Below are positions 26,323 through 36,231 of a DNA stretch of 64,000 bases, one piece after another; positions within the stretch are counted from its first letter, which is position 1, and every line of letters starts with the position of its first letter. This stretch comes from Candidatus Shapirobacteria bacterium (GTDB lineage: Bacteria > Patescibacteriota > Microgenomatia > UBA12405): assembly GCA_041649835.1 (NCBI GenBank), contig JBAZML010000002.1, positions 3,318-67,317 of the forward strand. Direction: 5' to 3'. A program made the position numbers and the translations under genes. The notes beneath the pieces were generated by a model. That model had not been told where the DNA came from. It saw nothing but the letters and a program-made list of their open reading frames with translations, and made no database searches.

Positions 26323-29012
26323 TATAAATTATCCAAATCTTCCCAATCGTCGAATTTCCCTTCCCACTCGGCATTTTCCACGGTTAAATATTTTACTATT
26401 TCTCGCACCTGAGTTTCATATTCTACTAAAAGCCTAAACATTTCTTTAAGACTATCTTTTATTCTTCTTATAACCTCTGTTATATATTCGTCGAGCTTTA
26501 TATATAGAATATTTATATCAATTTTTATAATTGAAGAAACATAAGCAGTTAATATTTGTAAAGCAGAAGTAGCAGCCATTATCGCGTCAAAACTTGTGTC
26601 AGCTTCTGATAAAGCAGTAGAAGCGTCGGTGGTTTCCATTCTAGTATTAAAGTCTATATCACTTTCACCAGGTAACCTAAACACTTCATATTGTGGTTCA
26701 GTTATTGTTCCGCCATCATATAAATCTTTCATCATAGAAGCCGGTGCTGCTTCAAGAATAGTTCTCAAACTACTAGATATAGTGGTCTGAAAAAATCTAT
26801 ATTGTTCTTCTGTTATTATTCCACCATCGTATAAATCTTTCATCATAGAAGTTGGGTATGCCCAAAGAATAACTCTTAAACCGTGATCCATTTCAGGTAA
26901 TGATAAAAGGGTTGTTGAAACATTTTCTTGTTGATCTGCAGTAAGATACCCGACCCCGGAACACAGAGGGGTCTCGATAAGGCCTCCAACTGTTACCCAA
27001 GAATCGTAATCTATGACACCGAAACCATCTTCAAATTCGTTCATTGTTGCTCTAGCCCAGACTTTTGCTTTAATTACTGGGGCTAATTGTTCATACATAT
27101 AATCTATTAAATCGTTCATTTGAAAATCGCCGTTTCCGTCCACAAAAGAAGAAGATAGAGCCAAAGTAACAAAACTCTGTTTTTCATTTAATTCAGTTAC
27201 AAGCCCGCCGGAACCAGCTATTGTTGCCATAGAAGTATAGGCTGAAGCCGGGAGAGTATAAAAATATTGATCATTTATATTATCTCCGCCGAGCCCAAAA
27301 TAAGCCTCTCCGCCTTCTAAAAAGCTTCCTATACCAAAAATCCCTGATCTTGGATAGAGATCTATGTCTCCTAATGCAGTATAAGCCGAATAATCAAAAG
27401 CTAAGTCGTATAAACTCTGAAACTGTTGTAATTGATCCTTTATGGTTGGGGTGAATTCTGTTGTAAAGGTCATTCCGGAAGTATAAATCTCATTAGCACT
27501 AGAATATATAGACATCAAGCTTCTTAGTAAATTAAGATTAGCCGGAATTCCGCTAACCTGATTAAGAATATTCATACCTACTTGACCAGGAAAATTCATA
27601 ATAGTACTTGCGTAATTAGCAATAGTTCCGATTAAAAGCTGGGGGGCTGTAGTAATAGTTTGAAATAGTTGTCTAGCCGCCGCCATTTCAGTTTTAATAT
27701 ATGTAGCTATTTCATCCACTTGCATAACAATTTCTGTAACCGGTTTTAGAACTTCATTTGCCCAACCTATTGCGTCTTGAACATAAGCCGCGATTGTTTC
27801 TTGGAATTTCTGCATAGCCTCCATTATAGGCTGCATAGCTTTATTTATTGACTCTTGAATACCGGCTAGAGCCGAGTTTGTTTTATTTAGAGCTTCGGTA
27901 ATTGGTTTTTTACCTAATAATGTTGGAGTTCCTCCACTTTGATTCGGTCCCATAGAATTTTTTGCAGCCGGGCCATATGCACTACTACTTCTAAACCCAG
28001 CAGTAAAAGAAGACAAAAAACCGAGGCAAGAATGAGATACTGATCCTTTACCTGAAAATGATTGTGCCCCCCAGACTCCTACATTTTGACTAGCTTTTGC
28101 TGAAATGTTTTGTGTAGACCCTGCAGCTAAAGTTTGTCCACCAATTCCATAACTAATTTGTTTTCCTTGAACTATTTTTGTTTCAGCATCTGTAATAGTT
28201 ATTCTCTTGGTTCCGCCGATAACCTCATTTTCCTTTCCGGTTATGTATCTATATGATTCACCCCCGATATATTCGTAGGATTTACCTATAATGAGATTGT
28301 ATCTATCAGCGTTATTTCTAATTACCATATCTCCAGTAGGAGATATTTCTATATAAGAATTTGATGGATGATATAAATGAAACCTTTCTCCAGAAGGAGT
28401 ATTATCAAGTTCTATTACAAATCCTGCATGTGTTGCTAATATGGTATCATTAGGATATTTGGTAGAATTTAAATAATAATATGGATCTTTTTCTGACCAT
28501 GTTCCACTCTCTCCATCTGGAACATTTTCTAATTTTCTAGCTTTTCTAGTTTCAACAACAGTTCCTGTAGAATTATCTCTAGCTAACCTATTCCAGTCAG
28601 ACTCTCCTAACATAGAAGATAATGGATAATTACCAGATGGGTCGTTAAAACCGTCTTTAGGATTAGCTTTTAATTTTGGAATACCTGGAGCTGAAGCAAA
28701 GTAGCGAGGCTGAGTCAGGGCCCCATTCTCAAAAAAAATGTATAAATGGCTGCCCTGAAGTGGCACAGAAAACATTCCAAACCCAGAAACTGCTCCCTCA
28801 AATATTGAAAGACATGGTTCCGCCCAAGGTAAATTAGCAGTAGGAATACCCTCAGTTTCAGAAATAGTCTTTACTTGGGTATGAATTCCATAAATTCGTA
28901 CTTTACATCTGCCTCGTTTCTCGGGATCGTTGTTATCTTCGACAACCCCCCTATACACACCATCAAACCGGCCAGAAGAAGGTAATAGATTTTTAACCGA
29001 GATGCGACTCAT
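26322..29012 (-). CDS. gp5: baseplate hub/spike (gp5-like) without lysozyme, with long C-terminal extension
   Basis: OB-fold GVVEDNNDPEKRGRCKVRI..LPWA, ELDNTPSGERFHLYH, beta-helix repeats. Confidence 0.88.
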   Translation of the reverse strand: MSRISVKNLLPSSGRFDGVYRGVVEDNNDPEKRGRCKVRIYGIHTQVKTISETEGIPTANLPWAEPCLSIFEGAVSGFGMFSVPLQGSHLYIFFENGALTQPRYFASAPGIPKLKANPKDGFNDPSGNYPLSSMLGESDWNRLARDNSTGTVVETRKARKLENVPDGESGTWSEKDPYYYLNSTKYPNDTILATHAGFVIELDNTPSGERFHLYHPSNSYIEISPTGDMVIRNNADRYNLIIGKSYEYIGGESYRYITGKENEVIGGTKRITITDAETKIVQGKQISYGIGGQTLAAGSTQNISAKASQNVGVWGAQSFSGKGSVSHSCLGFLSSFTAGFRSSSAYGPAAKNSMGPNQSGGTPTLLGKKPITEALNKTNSALAGIQESINKAMQPIMEAMQKFQETIAAYVQDAIGWANEVLKPVTEIVMQVDEIATYIKTEMAAARQLFQTITTAPQLLIGTIANYASTIMNFPGQVGMNILNQVSGIPANLNLLRSLMSIYSSANEIYTSGMTFTTEFTPTIKDQLQQFQSLYDLAFDYSAYTALGDIDLYPRSGIFGIGSFLEGGEAYFGLGGDNINDQYFYTLPASAYTSMATIAGSGGLVTELNEKQSFVTLALSSSFVDGNGDFQMNDLIDYMYEQLAPVIKAKVWARATMNEFEDGFGVIDYDSWVTVGGLIETPLCSGVGYLTADQQENVSTTLLSLPEMDHGLRVILWAYPTSMMKDLYDGGIITEEQYRFFQTTISSSLRTILEAAPASMMKDLYDGGTITEPQYEVFRLPGESDIDFNTRMETTDASTALSEADTSFDAIMAATSALQILTAYVSSIIKIDINILYIKLDEYITEVIRRIKDSLKEMFRLLVEYETQVREIVKYLTVENAEWEGKFDDWEDLDNL

Positions 29013-30265
29013 GCAAATACACTCTTAAAAATGTCTGTTATAGAATTCAAAGCAATGGTACCACTACCTTGAATTCTGCCATATGCATTACGAATACAAG
29101 TGAGTGTCTGAATAAAGTACGGAGTCTGGAGAGGAGTAAAACGATGCAACACAGACTTTACTAAATATGAACCGGAGTCCATACTAGAATAAAGCTGAGT
29201 TGCTGTCATAGAAGGCCACTGAATATTGATCTTCTGCCCAGCATATCGTTTGTTATGACCGGAAACAACCAGCTTCACGCAATTTTGTAATGCATAACGC
29301 CTTATAAAGTTGTTGTAAAACAAATTTTTCAATACAGTTTTGTCACTTTCTCCAGTCAAATCGTAGACATATTGACTATATTGTAAACTATCATTATTAT
29401 TTGTAAACAAAGAATTACTTCCTAGACTGCTGATTTCTTTAACAGCTGTTGCATAAACAAAACTTTCATCAGGTTCTATTCCGATCATTGTTTTGGTTTT
29501 TGTGTCAAAGCCTAGTAGAGCTCCGCCTCCAAACTCTTTCATTCCTTGATTATCTACTCCATTTTGCTGCCAAGACAAAACCCTATTATCATTGTTTATT
29601 TGGGTAGTTTCCAATACATAAGTATCAGAATCTATGTCAGAGCTATTAAACAAACTATCTATGGTGACAAAATTTATATACTTTTTTCCATTAGAGAAAA
29701 ACAAATATCCATAGTTACATTTGCCCTTAGTACCTTTAGACCTATTAGAAATCCATCTTATTGTTTCCATTGGAGTCCAGTATGGCATACAAAAATCTTC
29801 TAAATAAGTATCGGATGTCTCTATGTTAATGTCTGTGGAAGTCACTTGCAACATATTCTTTACAATATCGGAAATAACAGTTGAAGCTTTTACTTTAGAA
29901 CCCCAGGCCTTAGAGAATTTTAAACTTGTCAAATTTTTATAATAGGAATCAGTGAAATAAAGTTCTATGACAGAAGCCTGTCCTTGTTTGAACCCAGTAG
30001 TAGAAGAAATCTTACCAATTCTTAGTAATGAAAATTCTCTTTGTTGAACTGAAGTTTTACCAAAAGCTATTAGAATCTTTTCTGCCCCAGTTAACGGACC
30101 CATCTCTTTTAGACCATATTTATCAGTTAGAGTTAATTTACCGAAACAACAGACACTATAAATATCTTCGCTAAAGTAACAATCAAAAATATCTTTATTA
30201 TCGATCATAACAGTTTTTAAAGCACCTAATTGAATGATAAGGGTAAATATTCCCTGCTCTGACAT
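29009..30265 (-). CDS. baseplate hub protein (gp27-like)
   Basis: EDIYS..G.L.LTD, PYWTPMETI, YLFF, SGSYLV. Position upstream of gp5. Confidence 0.7.
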   Translation of the reverse strand: MSEQGIFTLIIQLGALKTVMIDNKDIFDCYFSEDIYSVCCFGKLTLTDKYGLKEMGPLTGAEKILIAFGKTSVQQREFSLLRIGKISSTTGFKQGQASVIELYFTDSYYKNLTSLKFSKAWGSKVKASTVISDIVKNMLQVTSTDINIETSDTYLEDFCMPYWTPMETIRWISNRSKGTKGKCNYGYLFFSNGKKYINFVTIDSLFNSSDIDSDTYVLETTQINNDNRVLSWQQNGVDNQGMKEFGGGALLGFDTKTKTMIGIEPDESFVYATAVKEISSLGSNSLFTNNNDSLQYSQYVYDLTGESDKTVLKNLFYNNFIRRYALQNCVKLVVSGHNKRYAGQKINIQWPSMTATQLYSSMDSGSYLVKSVLHRFTPLQTPYFIQTLTCIRNAYGRIQGSGTIALNSITDIFKSVFA

Positions 30266-30280
30266 TATTTAGATCCTATT

Positions 30281-30664
30281 TTATTTGTTAGCAATGGCGT
30301 TGATCTCTGCTAACAATTGGTAAAGAAAATTTGGTTTAAGTATTTTTAGAGTATTTCCTGGAAGTAGATCCTCAAATGGATTCAATATATCATTGAACAA
30401 ACAAATAACCCACCATAAATACGGGCTGTTATAATACTTCATGCTTATAGTATCTGGAAAATCAGTATCATCAATATCATGATTAAGAAAATAAAGTACA
30501 TTTTTATTAGCTTTTTCGTTAATGATATAGTTTCGAAAGAGGTTCAAAAAATACTCTTTGGATTCAGTATCATAAAGAATATTGAACAAATTTAATTCAC
30601 TAGTATTACTAAGATAGTGATTAGTTAATGTATAAAAGTCTTTGTCTGATTTTTCTATAGGCAT
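30281..30664 (-). CDS. gp53: baseplate wedge protein (gp53/LysM-like)
   Basis: PDTISMKYYNSPYLWWVI..NDILNPF. Confidence 0.85.
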   Translation of the reverse strand: MPIEKSDKDFYTLTNHYLSNTSELNLFNILYDTESKEYFLNLFRNYIINEKANKNVLYFLNHDIDDTDFPDTISMKYYNSPYLWWVICLFNDILNPFEDLLPGNTLKILKPNFLYQLLAEINAIANK

Positions 30665-30674
30665 AGTTTATCTC

Positions 30675-31487
30675 TTACATTGCCCTAGGAGCAGCGTCTG
30701 ATGTCACAGTAACAGAACTTCCAGTTTCAAAAGTACTATCAAACAATGGAGTTATATCTTGAAATGTTAGTTGTAATTTACATGAAGTAGGTTTACCTTT
30801 AACAAACGGGTAGGAAAGTTCCGGCTGAACAGTCTTTAGCGCTGCATATTGTAATTTAATAATCCCCTTAGGGATGGATTCTATTTTAAAGATGTGTGGT
30901 GGAGTTATAGATAAAACATTATTCACTATTTTTTTAGGGCTAGAAAATTTCATTAAATCTATTATTGCATTTTCTATTTTTTCATAATCAGAGGCTTGAT
31001 ATACCGCTAGCTCAAAATTAAAATTATATTCCAAATTTTGAGTTCCTTTATAAACTAAAGGGGCATCAACTCTGTAATTTATAACATCCCCTGACAACAT
31101 ACTACTAAGTTTGCCGGATAAGGTATCCATCCCCGTTTTTTTACTATCCCAGTTACCACTAAGTAGATTTTTTACATCTGCCCATGGAGAAAAATTTCCA
31201 GCAGCATTTTTAAGATCTTGCCATGGAATCATCCAGTTAGATATTACATTTGCCATTCTGGAAGTAATATTCTCATAGTTTTCCCAACTATGATCTAAAT
31301 TTAATTGGATATCGTTGGGTGCTAAAAATTTAAATACCCCTTCTGTTGCGCCCACTCTTACTTGGGCGTCGGAGCTTCTTATATTTGAAGTTTGTCCTTC
31401 GTACTTACATGCTGATATTTTTATCCAAAGGCAATCTTGTGGATTACTTGCCCAAGGACCAAAATCTGGAAATTGATATTCTGCCAT
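30675..31487 (-). CDS. baseplate tail-tube cap/initiator (gp48/gp54-like)
   Basis: FNFEL, PPHIF, LTFQDITP tube-like fold. Position between tape measure and gp53. Confidence 0.6.
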   Translation of the reverse strand: MAEYQFPDFGPWASNPQDCLWIKISACKYEGQTSNIRSSDAQVRVGATEGVFKFLAPNDIQLNLDHSWENYENITSRMANVISNWMIPWQDLKNAAGNFSPWADVKNLLSGNWDSKKTGMDTLSGKLSSMLSGDVINYRVDAPLVYKGTQNLEYNFNFELAVYQASDYEKIENAIIDLMKFSSPKKIVNNVLSITPPHIFKIESIPKGIIKLQYAALKTVQPELSYPFVKGKPTSCKLQLTFQDITPLFDSTFETGSSVTVTSDAAPRAM

Positions 31488-31496
31488 TGTTTTTCC

Positions 31497-34400
31497 TTAT
31501 GGATTAAGAATTGATAATGCTAATCCCATAGTTCCCAGAACATACATATCATCAATCTCAAATGCATTAACTTGTTGCCCCTGCTGTTTACCGCCGGAAC
31601 TCATTGTTTGAGAAATGATGTTATTTGTTTGGGTAGCATTTTTACTCATTTCTCCGGGTAAATTTGAAGCGGCTTGAGCGGTGGCCTGTAAAGCTGCAGT
31701 ATTAGTTGCTTGTATTTGTGCTGTATTTAATCCTTTTTGTCGTTCCAGATCTGCAATTTGAGAAGTTGTCGTTAATCCAGTTAATGGAGATATTTTAGCC
31801 ATGTTATTCTGTTGTGCCTTACGTATATACTCTTCTGTAGATATACCACTTTTTACTGTATGCCCGGAACCATAGTCTGGGTTGTAAGACGTTTCTGCCA
31901 TAAGGGTTTTTCCAGTAGTAGGATCATAATATGCAATAGCTCCATGTCCTAGGCCCACAATAGAGTCCCCAGGCTTAATGTCTGATGCTCCATACTGCCC
32001 AGATTTTAAAAGAGTTCCAGCGTTTTTTCTAAGAAGTTCAGCAGAACCCCCGGTTGTTAGGTCTTTATATTTGGCCATTTGTTCAGGAGATAGCTGACCC
32101 GCCATAGAATCTAGTAAAGTTCTATACCCATAATTTACTAAACCAGTGCAGTCTATTTTCTTCGTTACGTTAGGATCTACTCCATGTCCACCGCCATATT
32201 CATAACCAAAGTTTTTAGAAGCATATTGTATTCCATTAAACATTGCGGTTAGAGGATCAGTACCTAGTTGAGGTCCTGTAGATTTAACACTAGGACCTCC
32301 GTATGTTTCCATTAAAAACTTTTTTGTTTCCATTGGGAGTTTACTTCTATCCATAGGGGCATTTGCTCCACCTAAAGCTCTATCTAATTTACCCTCTCCC
32401 CAATTATAAGCAGCCAGTGCTTTTTCTTTATCTCCTCCATATTTCTTCAATAGCCCAGCATAATAACTAACTCCTTTGTTAATATTTTGTTCCGGGTCAT
32501 ATGCGTTTATATTACCCGCTGTACCGGGCATAAGTTGCATAAGACCCATTGCACCTTTTGGAGAAGTTACACTAGGGTTCCAATTTGATTCTGTTTGAAT
32601 TAGTCTAGCTATATCTGCTGGGGTTATATCAGTTCTACCTGTAGCTTTAATAGCCTGATCTATAAATGGTGCATATGCTGGGTTTCTTATTATATCTGAT
32701 GCATTTGCAGGGATAGATGGTGTTCCAATCCCACCTACAATTCCACTACCCCCGCTTATAGCACCTACTGTTTGCGGAGAATTACCGCCGCCCAAAGTAT
32801 TAGTTACTTTTCCTAATACTCCCTTCCATATCTCATTTAACCATCCTACAACATCACTTCCAATACCTAAATACTTGTCTCTATTTTTATCATCGAATTT
32901 GTTTAGGTCTTTGGTCTGAACCAAATTGGCTTTGACTATGGCCTCATACATTGCATTTTCTGCACTTCCGGCTGAAGGAGATTCGCCCTTTTTTATATCT
33001 TCTTCAATCATATCTCCAACGTTTTTACCGATCCAGCCACCTATAAAGCCACCAATCATTTCTCCAGCAAAAACCCCGGCAGCAGCCCCAGCAGGGCCGC
33101 CTAGTAAAAAACCAAGACCGCCGCCAATGAGAGCCCCCGCGCCTTGCCCAGCAAAAGAACCGCCAACTGCTCCTGCAGTACCACCAACACCTTGTCCCTG
33201 AGCTGCAGCAAGTCCACCACTTAATAGAGCGCTTCCACCTCTAGTAGTAAATAACTTTTTACCGAGATTTAAACCTCCTTTTGCAATTGAACCGATTTTA
33301 CCTTTTAAATAGTCTAAACCTAAATATGAACCAATAAGAGCCGCTATATCACCAAAGTCGATTCCTCCGTCTTCTCCTGGAGGCTGGGCGCCAACAGAAC
33401 CAACCTGATTACCAAAAATTCCTTTTTTGAACTTAGCCTTTAATGTTGCTTTTGTTCTAGCATTTCTTTCGTTTTTGGCTTGTTGGGCTTCTCTATCTTT
33501 AGCCTCACGTTTTTTAATCTTTTTTAATTGATTATGTAATCTAGCTTCATCTCTTATGGAGGTATACTTAGCTAAAATAGAGTCCTTCATAGACTTTACA
33601 AAACTAAATATCTTATCTTTAAGAGACTTGTTACCTTTACCAAAAGTCTCAGCTAGGGCCTTTAAACCTCCCTTAAGTTTGCTAGCGTATTCTGAAATCG
33701 TTTTTGCTAATTTTGATTCTCCAAGTTTTTCGAAAAGGGCTTTAATTTTTTGAAATCTTTCAGAGTTGACAATACCTAAGAACTTTTCTTTAAAGAGGTC
33801 TATTTTATCTAAAACTTTAGATTTAAAATTTTTACTAAGAAACCCAGAAACCATAACAACATCTTTTATATAACCTAAAAACTTTCCAAATAGTTTAAAA
33901 TATAGAGGAAATCTAAAGAACTTACTCATGAAAAATTTTATCGGCCTAGTCATAGCAACTGCCTGTTCTCTACTAAATCCTCCGTATTTGGTTAAAACTG
34001 TTCTAGCGGCGAATCTTATTAGAAAAAACTTTATCCACCAACTAAAAATCTTTTTAACCCAACCAAAAAGTCCCTTGGCTGCATCCCACACAGCTCCTAA
34101 CTTATCTCCTAAAATTTCATGAAAATCATTCTTAACCAATTCTATCATTGAAGCAAACTTAGTTTTAATAAACTCTAAAGCTTTACCGAACACATTATAC
34201 ATAGCCACTCTAGCTGTACCAAAAACGTCGCTTTTTACTTTTCCTATAGTTTTACTAACCATTTTTTTGTATAAAGATCTACCTACATAAACCCCGATAC
34301 CAGTAGCAACAGCACCAACAAGAGTAACACCTAGATATTTTAGAAAGGATCTCTCTTGCTTTATTTTTTTGGTATAATAGACTTTTTGACTACCAGAAAT

Positions 34401-34550
34401 AGCGTTTTGTAGTTTTAGTAGATCTTTAGACGAAATTGTAGCAGGTAAAGATCCGGCTGCGATCTTTACATTTACTGCGTCAGCGGCCTTATTTGAAACC
34501 CGAACTGGAACAAGAAGGTTTCGATTTTTCACTGCGTCGACAATTGGCAT
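31497..34550 (-). CDS. tape measure-like protein with SLT lytic transglycosylase and NlpC/P60 domains
   Basis: Helical Lys-rich N-terminus, Gly-zipper TM region, TESNWNP..SPKGAMGLMQLMP..AAYNWG, then IDCTGLV...GHGAI. Confidence 0.85.
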   Translation of the reverse strand: MPIVDAVKNRNLLVPVRVSNKAADAVNVKIAAGSLPATISSKDLLKLQNAISGSQKVYYTKKIKQERSFLKYLGVTLVGAVATGIGVYVGRSLYKKMVSKTIGKVKSDVFGTARVAMYNVFGKALEFIKTKFASMIELVKNDFHEILGDKLGAVWDAAKGLFGWVKKIFSWWIKFFLIRFAARTVLTKYGGFSREQAVAMTRPIKFFMSKFFRFPLYFKLFGKFLGYIKDVVMVSGFLSKNFKSKVLDKIDLFKEKFLGIVNSERFQKIKALFEKLGESKLAKTISEYASKLKGGLKALAETFGKGNKSLKDKIFSFVKSMKDSILAKYTSIRDEARLHNQLKKIKKREAKDREAQQAKNERNARTKATLKAKFKKGIFGNQVGSVGAQPPGEDGGIDFGDIAALIGSYLGLDYLKGKIGSIAKGGLNLGKKLFTTRGGSALLSGGLAAAQGQGVGGTAGAVGGSFAGQGAGALIGGGLGFLLGGPAGAAAGVFAGEMIGGFIGGWIGKNVGDMIEEDIKKGESPSAGSAENAMYEAIVKANLVQTKDLNKFDDKNRDKYLGIGSDVVGWLNEIWKGVLGKVTNTLGGGNSPQTVGAISGGSGIVGGIGTPSIPANASDIIRNPAYAPFIDQAIKATGRTDITPADIARLIQTESNWNPSVTSPKGAMGLMQLMPGTAGNINAYDPEQNINKGVSYYAGLLKKYGGDKEKALAAYNWGEGKLDRALGGANAPMDRSKLPMETKKFLMETYGGPSVKSTGPQLGTDPLTAMFNGIQYASKNFGYEYGGGHGVDPNVTKKIDCTGLVNYGYRTLLDSMAGQLSPEQMAKYKDLTTGGSAELLRKNAGTLLKSGQYGASDIKPGDSIVGLGHGAIAYYDPTTGKTLMAETSYNPDYGSGHTVKSGISTEEYIRKAQQNNMAKISPLTGLTTTSQIADLERQKGLNTAQIQATNTAALQATAQAASNLPGEMSKNATQTNNIISQTMSSGGKQQGQQVNAFEIDDMYVLGTMGLALSILNP

Positions 34551-34565
34551 TTTAGTTATAACTCC

Positions 34566-34613
34566 AAAAATAAAAAGGTCTTAAGGATATTTATACAATA
34601 TCTCCTTAAGACC
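34566..34613 (-). terminator. intrinsic terminator with TATAAATA late promoter in its loop
   Basis: 11-bp stem GGTCTTAAGGA/TCCTTAAGACC, then TTTTTATTTTT. TATAAATA at 34588-34595. Confidence 0.75.
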
Positions 34614-34649
34614 CGAAGATCCGTTCCTTTTAAAGGAAGCGGAGGAAAA

Positions 34650-34850
34650 TTATTGAGCTGTTTTTATGTTACTTTGTGCTTGTATTTCCTCTTTAAGCTG
34701 TTTGATTACGAGATTTAGAAAAGCCTCTCTTTCAAAGTCGCTCAGCATTGCACTTTCGGTTAGTGAAATTCCGGCGTATTTACTCAAATAATATTGTTCT
34801 TCTACCAATGCCTCTATCGTTGCACCTTCCGTAACGATAGATTTTAGAAT
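34650..34850 (-). CDS. gp51-like frame (66 aa), likely reached by -1 frameshift from gp26
   Basis: ILKSIVTEGATIEALVEEQYYLSKYAGISLTESAMLSDFEREAFLNLVIKQLKEE... matches the gp51-type S..E...M..FER pattern. No ATG at its 5' end. Confidence 0.7.
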   Translation of the reverse strand: MLKSIVTEGATIEALVEEQYYLSKYAGISLTESAMLSDFEREAFLNLVIKQLKEEIQAQSNIKTAQ

Positions 34851-34856
34851 AAAAAA
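34813..34856 (-). promoter_or_regulatory. -1 ribosomal frameshift signal
   Basis: Slippery heptamer T TTT TTA (34856-34850), 8-nt spacer, 9-bp stem TCTATCGTT/AACGATAGA. Confidence 0.7.
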
Positions 34857-35572
34857 CTTTCTAAAGATATGTTGATCTCTTCCTCAGATTTGCACCCATC
34901 GCACTTCATCTTATACTTAAATTCAACTCCAAAATTAAGATTATCGAACCAATCTCTAATCTTTTCATAAAGTCCTTCGGGAATCATATTAACGAATTCA
35001 TATGCATCTTCAGCAGTTGGTACTGATTCTCCATCTGGGGTTACTATCTTTTTAATACATAGCGCGTGCGACCATAAGGCCTGATCAATCATTCTCTGTT
35101 GATATTCAAGATCTTTATTTACTTTGGTTGCTGCAACCTTCTGAACTCCACGAGTTAAAATTTGCAATTCAACCGCAATATTATCATCTAATTTTACAGA
35201 AGTATCATATTTTCCTAGCTTTTTTGTATGTAACTTACTAAGATCGATACTTTGCATTGTTTGTGAAGAACACTTGGGACAATTATATACAAATTTGTAA
35301 AGATTGCCTTTAGTTCTCCGTCTTATAGCTACAAGTAAAAAGAACCGATCTTCTAGGTATAACTCGTCAATGTTAAAACCTTCATCTACAACAGATCCAA
35401 CAATTAGATCATCTAAAGCCGTTTCTGAATCATCATCCCCAGTACCGTAGGACAAAAGCCTTTTAAGTTGAAAAGTGTTAAACGGTTTTATTTTAACTTT
35501 CTTTCCAGATCCAGGTAAAGTTTCAGAAAACTCATAACAATTTAAATACTTTTGGACATTTTCTAATGACAC
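34844..35572 (-). CDS. gp26: baseplate hub assembly chaperone (T4 gp26-like)
   Basis: LPGSGKKVKIKPF, DRFFLLVAIR, CPKC, terminal CxxC...LESF. Confidence 0.85.
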   Translation of the reverse strand: MSLENVQKYLNCYEFSETLPGSGKKVKIKPFNTFQLKRLLSYGTGDDDSETALDDLIVGSVVDEGFNIDELYLEDRFFLLVAIRRRTKGNLYKFVYNCPKCSSQTMQSIDLSKLHTKKLGKYDTSVKLDDNIAVELQILTRGVQKVAATKVNKDLEYQQRMIDQALWSHALCIKKIVTPDGESVPTAEDAYEFVNMIPEGLYEKIRDWFDNLNFGVEFKYKMKCDGCKSEEEINISLESFLF

Positions 35573-35606
35573 AATCTATTTCTCCTTAGTCTATTCTAAC
35601 ATAAAA

Positions 35607-35635
35607 ATTATATCATACTACTTAATATTGTAAAC
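35607..35635 (-). promoter_or_regulatory. sigma70-type promoter for gp26
   Basis: GTTTACA-N16-TATAAT with extended TG. Confidence 0.55.
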
Positions 35636-35638
35636 TAT

Positions 35639-36169
35639 TTACACATAAGTGAAGTATGTATAGCTGAAAGTAACATCAAAGGTAGCAAAATCAGTGGTCT
35701 GACTCATATCCAATTGCAGATCGCCAACTTCTGACGGCCATGCAAATTGAAGATTATATACTAGAGAAGTAGTAAAAGTCTTCGGATTTAATAAATAGAG
35801 ACTTTGTTCTCTAAAATATTCACTAGGCATTGCGTGTTTATTTGTCTTAGGATTTAAAATAAAATCCTGCCAAGCTAAAAATGCTTTTCTAATATAAGCA
35901 TTTACGTCTACATTAAATGTACACGTTAGATTATTATAAGTCCTCTTTCCTGCTGTCTTATAATCGAAACCTTGCCACTGAGTTATGTTCTCATCAATTG
36001 TGCTGGACGGTAGGTTAGCAGTCTTTACCAAGAACCTTGCGTTCGGAACCAAAGAAATTTCGGCAGGAAAGTTAGGTTCAAAATAAAATAGATAAGCTCT
36101 TGCCCCAGTTTCAAAATTACTTTTAAAAGCGTCAATGTTAAGCTCATTAGCATTAGGTGTATTTGCCAT
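35639..36169 (-). CDS. gp19: tail tube protein
   Basis: VKTANLP, AGKRTY, AWPSEVG, FDVTFSY. Confidence 0.9.
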   Translation of the reverse strand: MANTPNANELNIDAFKSNFETGARAYLFYFEPNFPAEISLVPNARFLVKTANLPSSTIDENITQWQGFDYKTAGKRTYNNLTCTFNVDVNAYIRKAFLAWQDFILNPKTNKHAMPSEYFREQSLYLLNPKTFTTSLVYNLQFAWPSEVGDLQLDMSQTTDFATFDVTFSYTYFTYV

Positions 36170-36189
36170 AATATATCTCCTTCAAGATG

Positions 36190-36215
36190 CGGAGCTGAGC
36201 CTTAACTCAGCTCCC
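36190..36215 (-). other. hairpin between sheath and tube genes
   Basis: GGAGCTGAG-loop-CTCAGCTCC with no U-tract. May be a stabilising or processing hairpin. Confidence 0.55.
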
Positions 36216-36231
36216 AAGTAGTTGTTATTGT

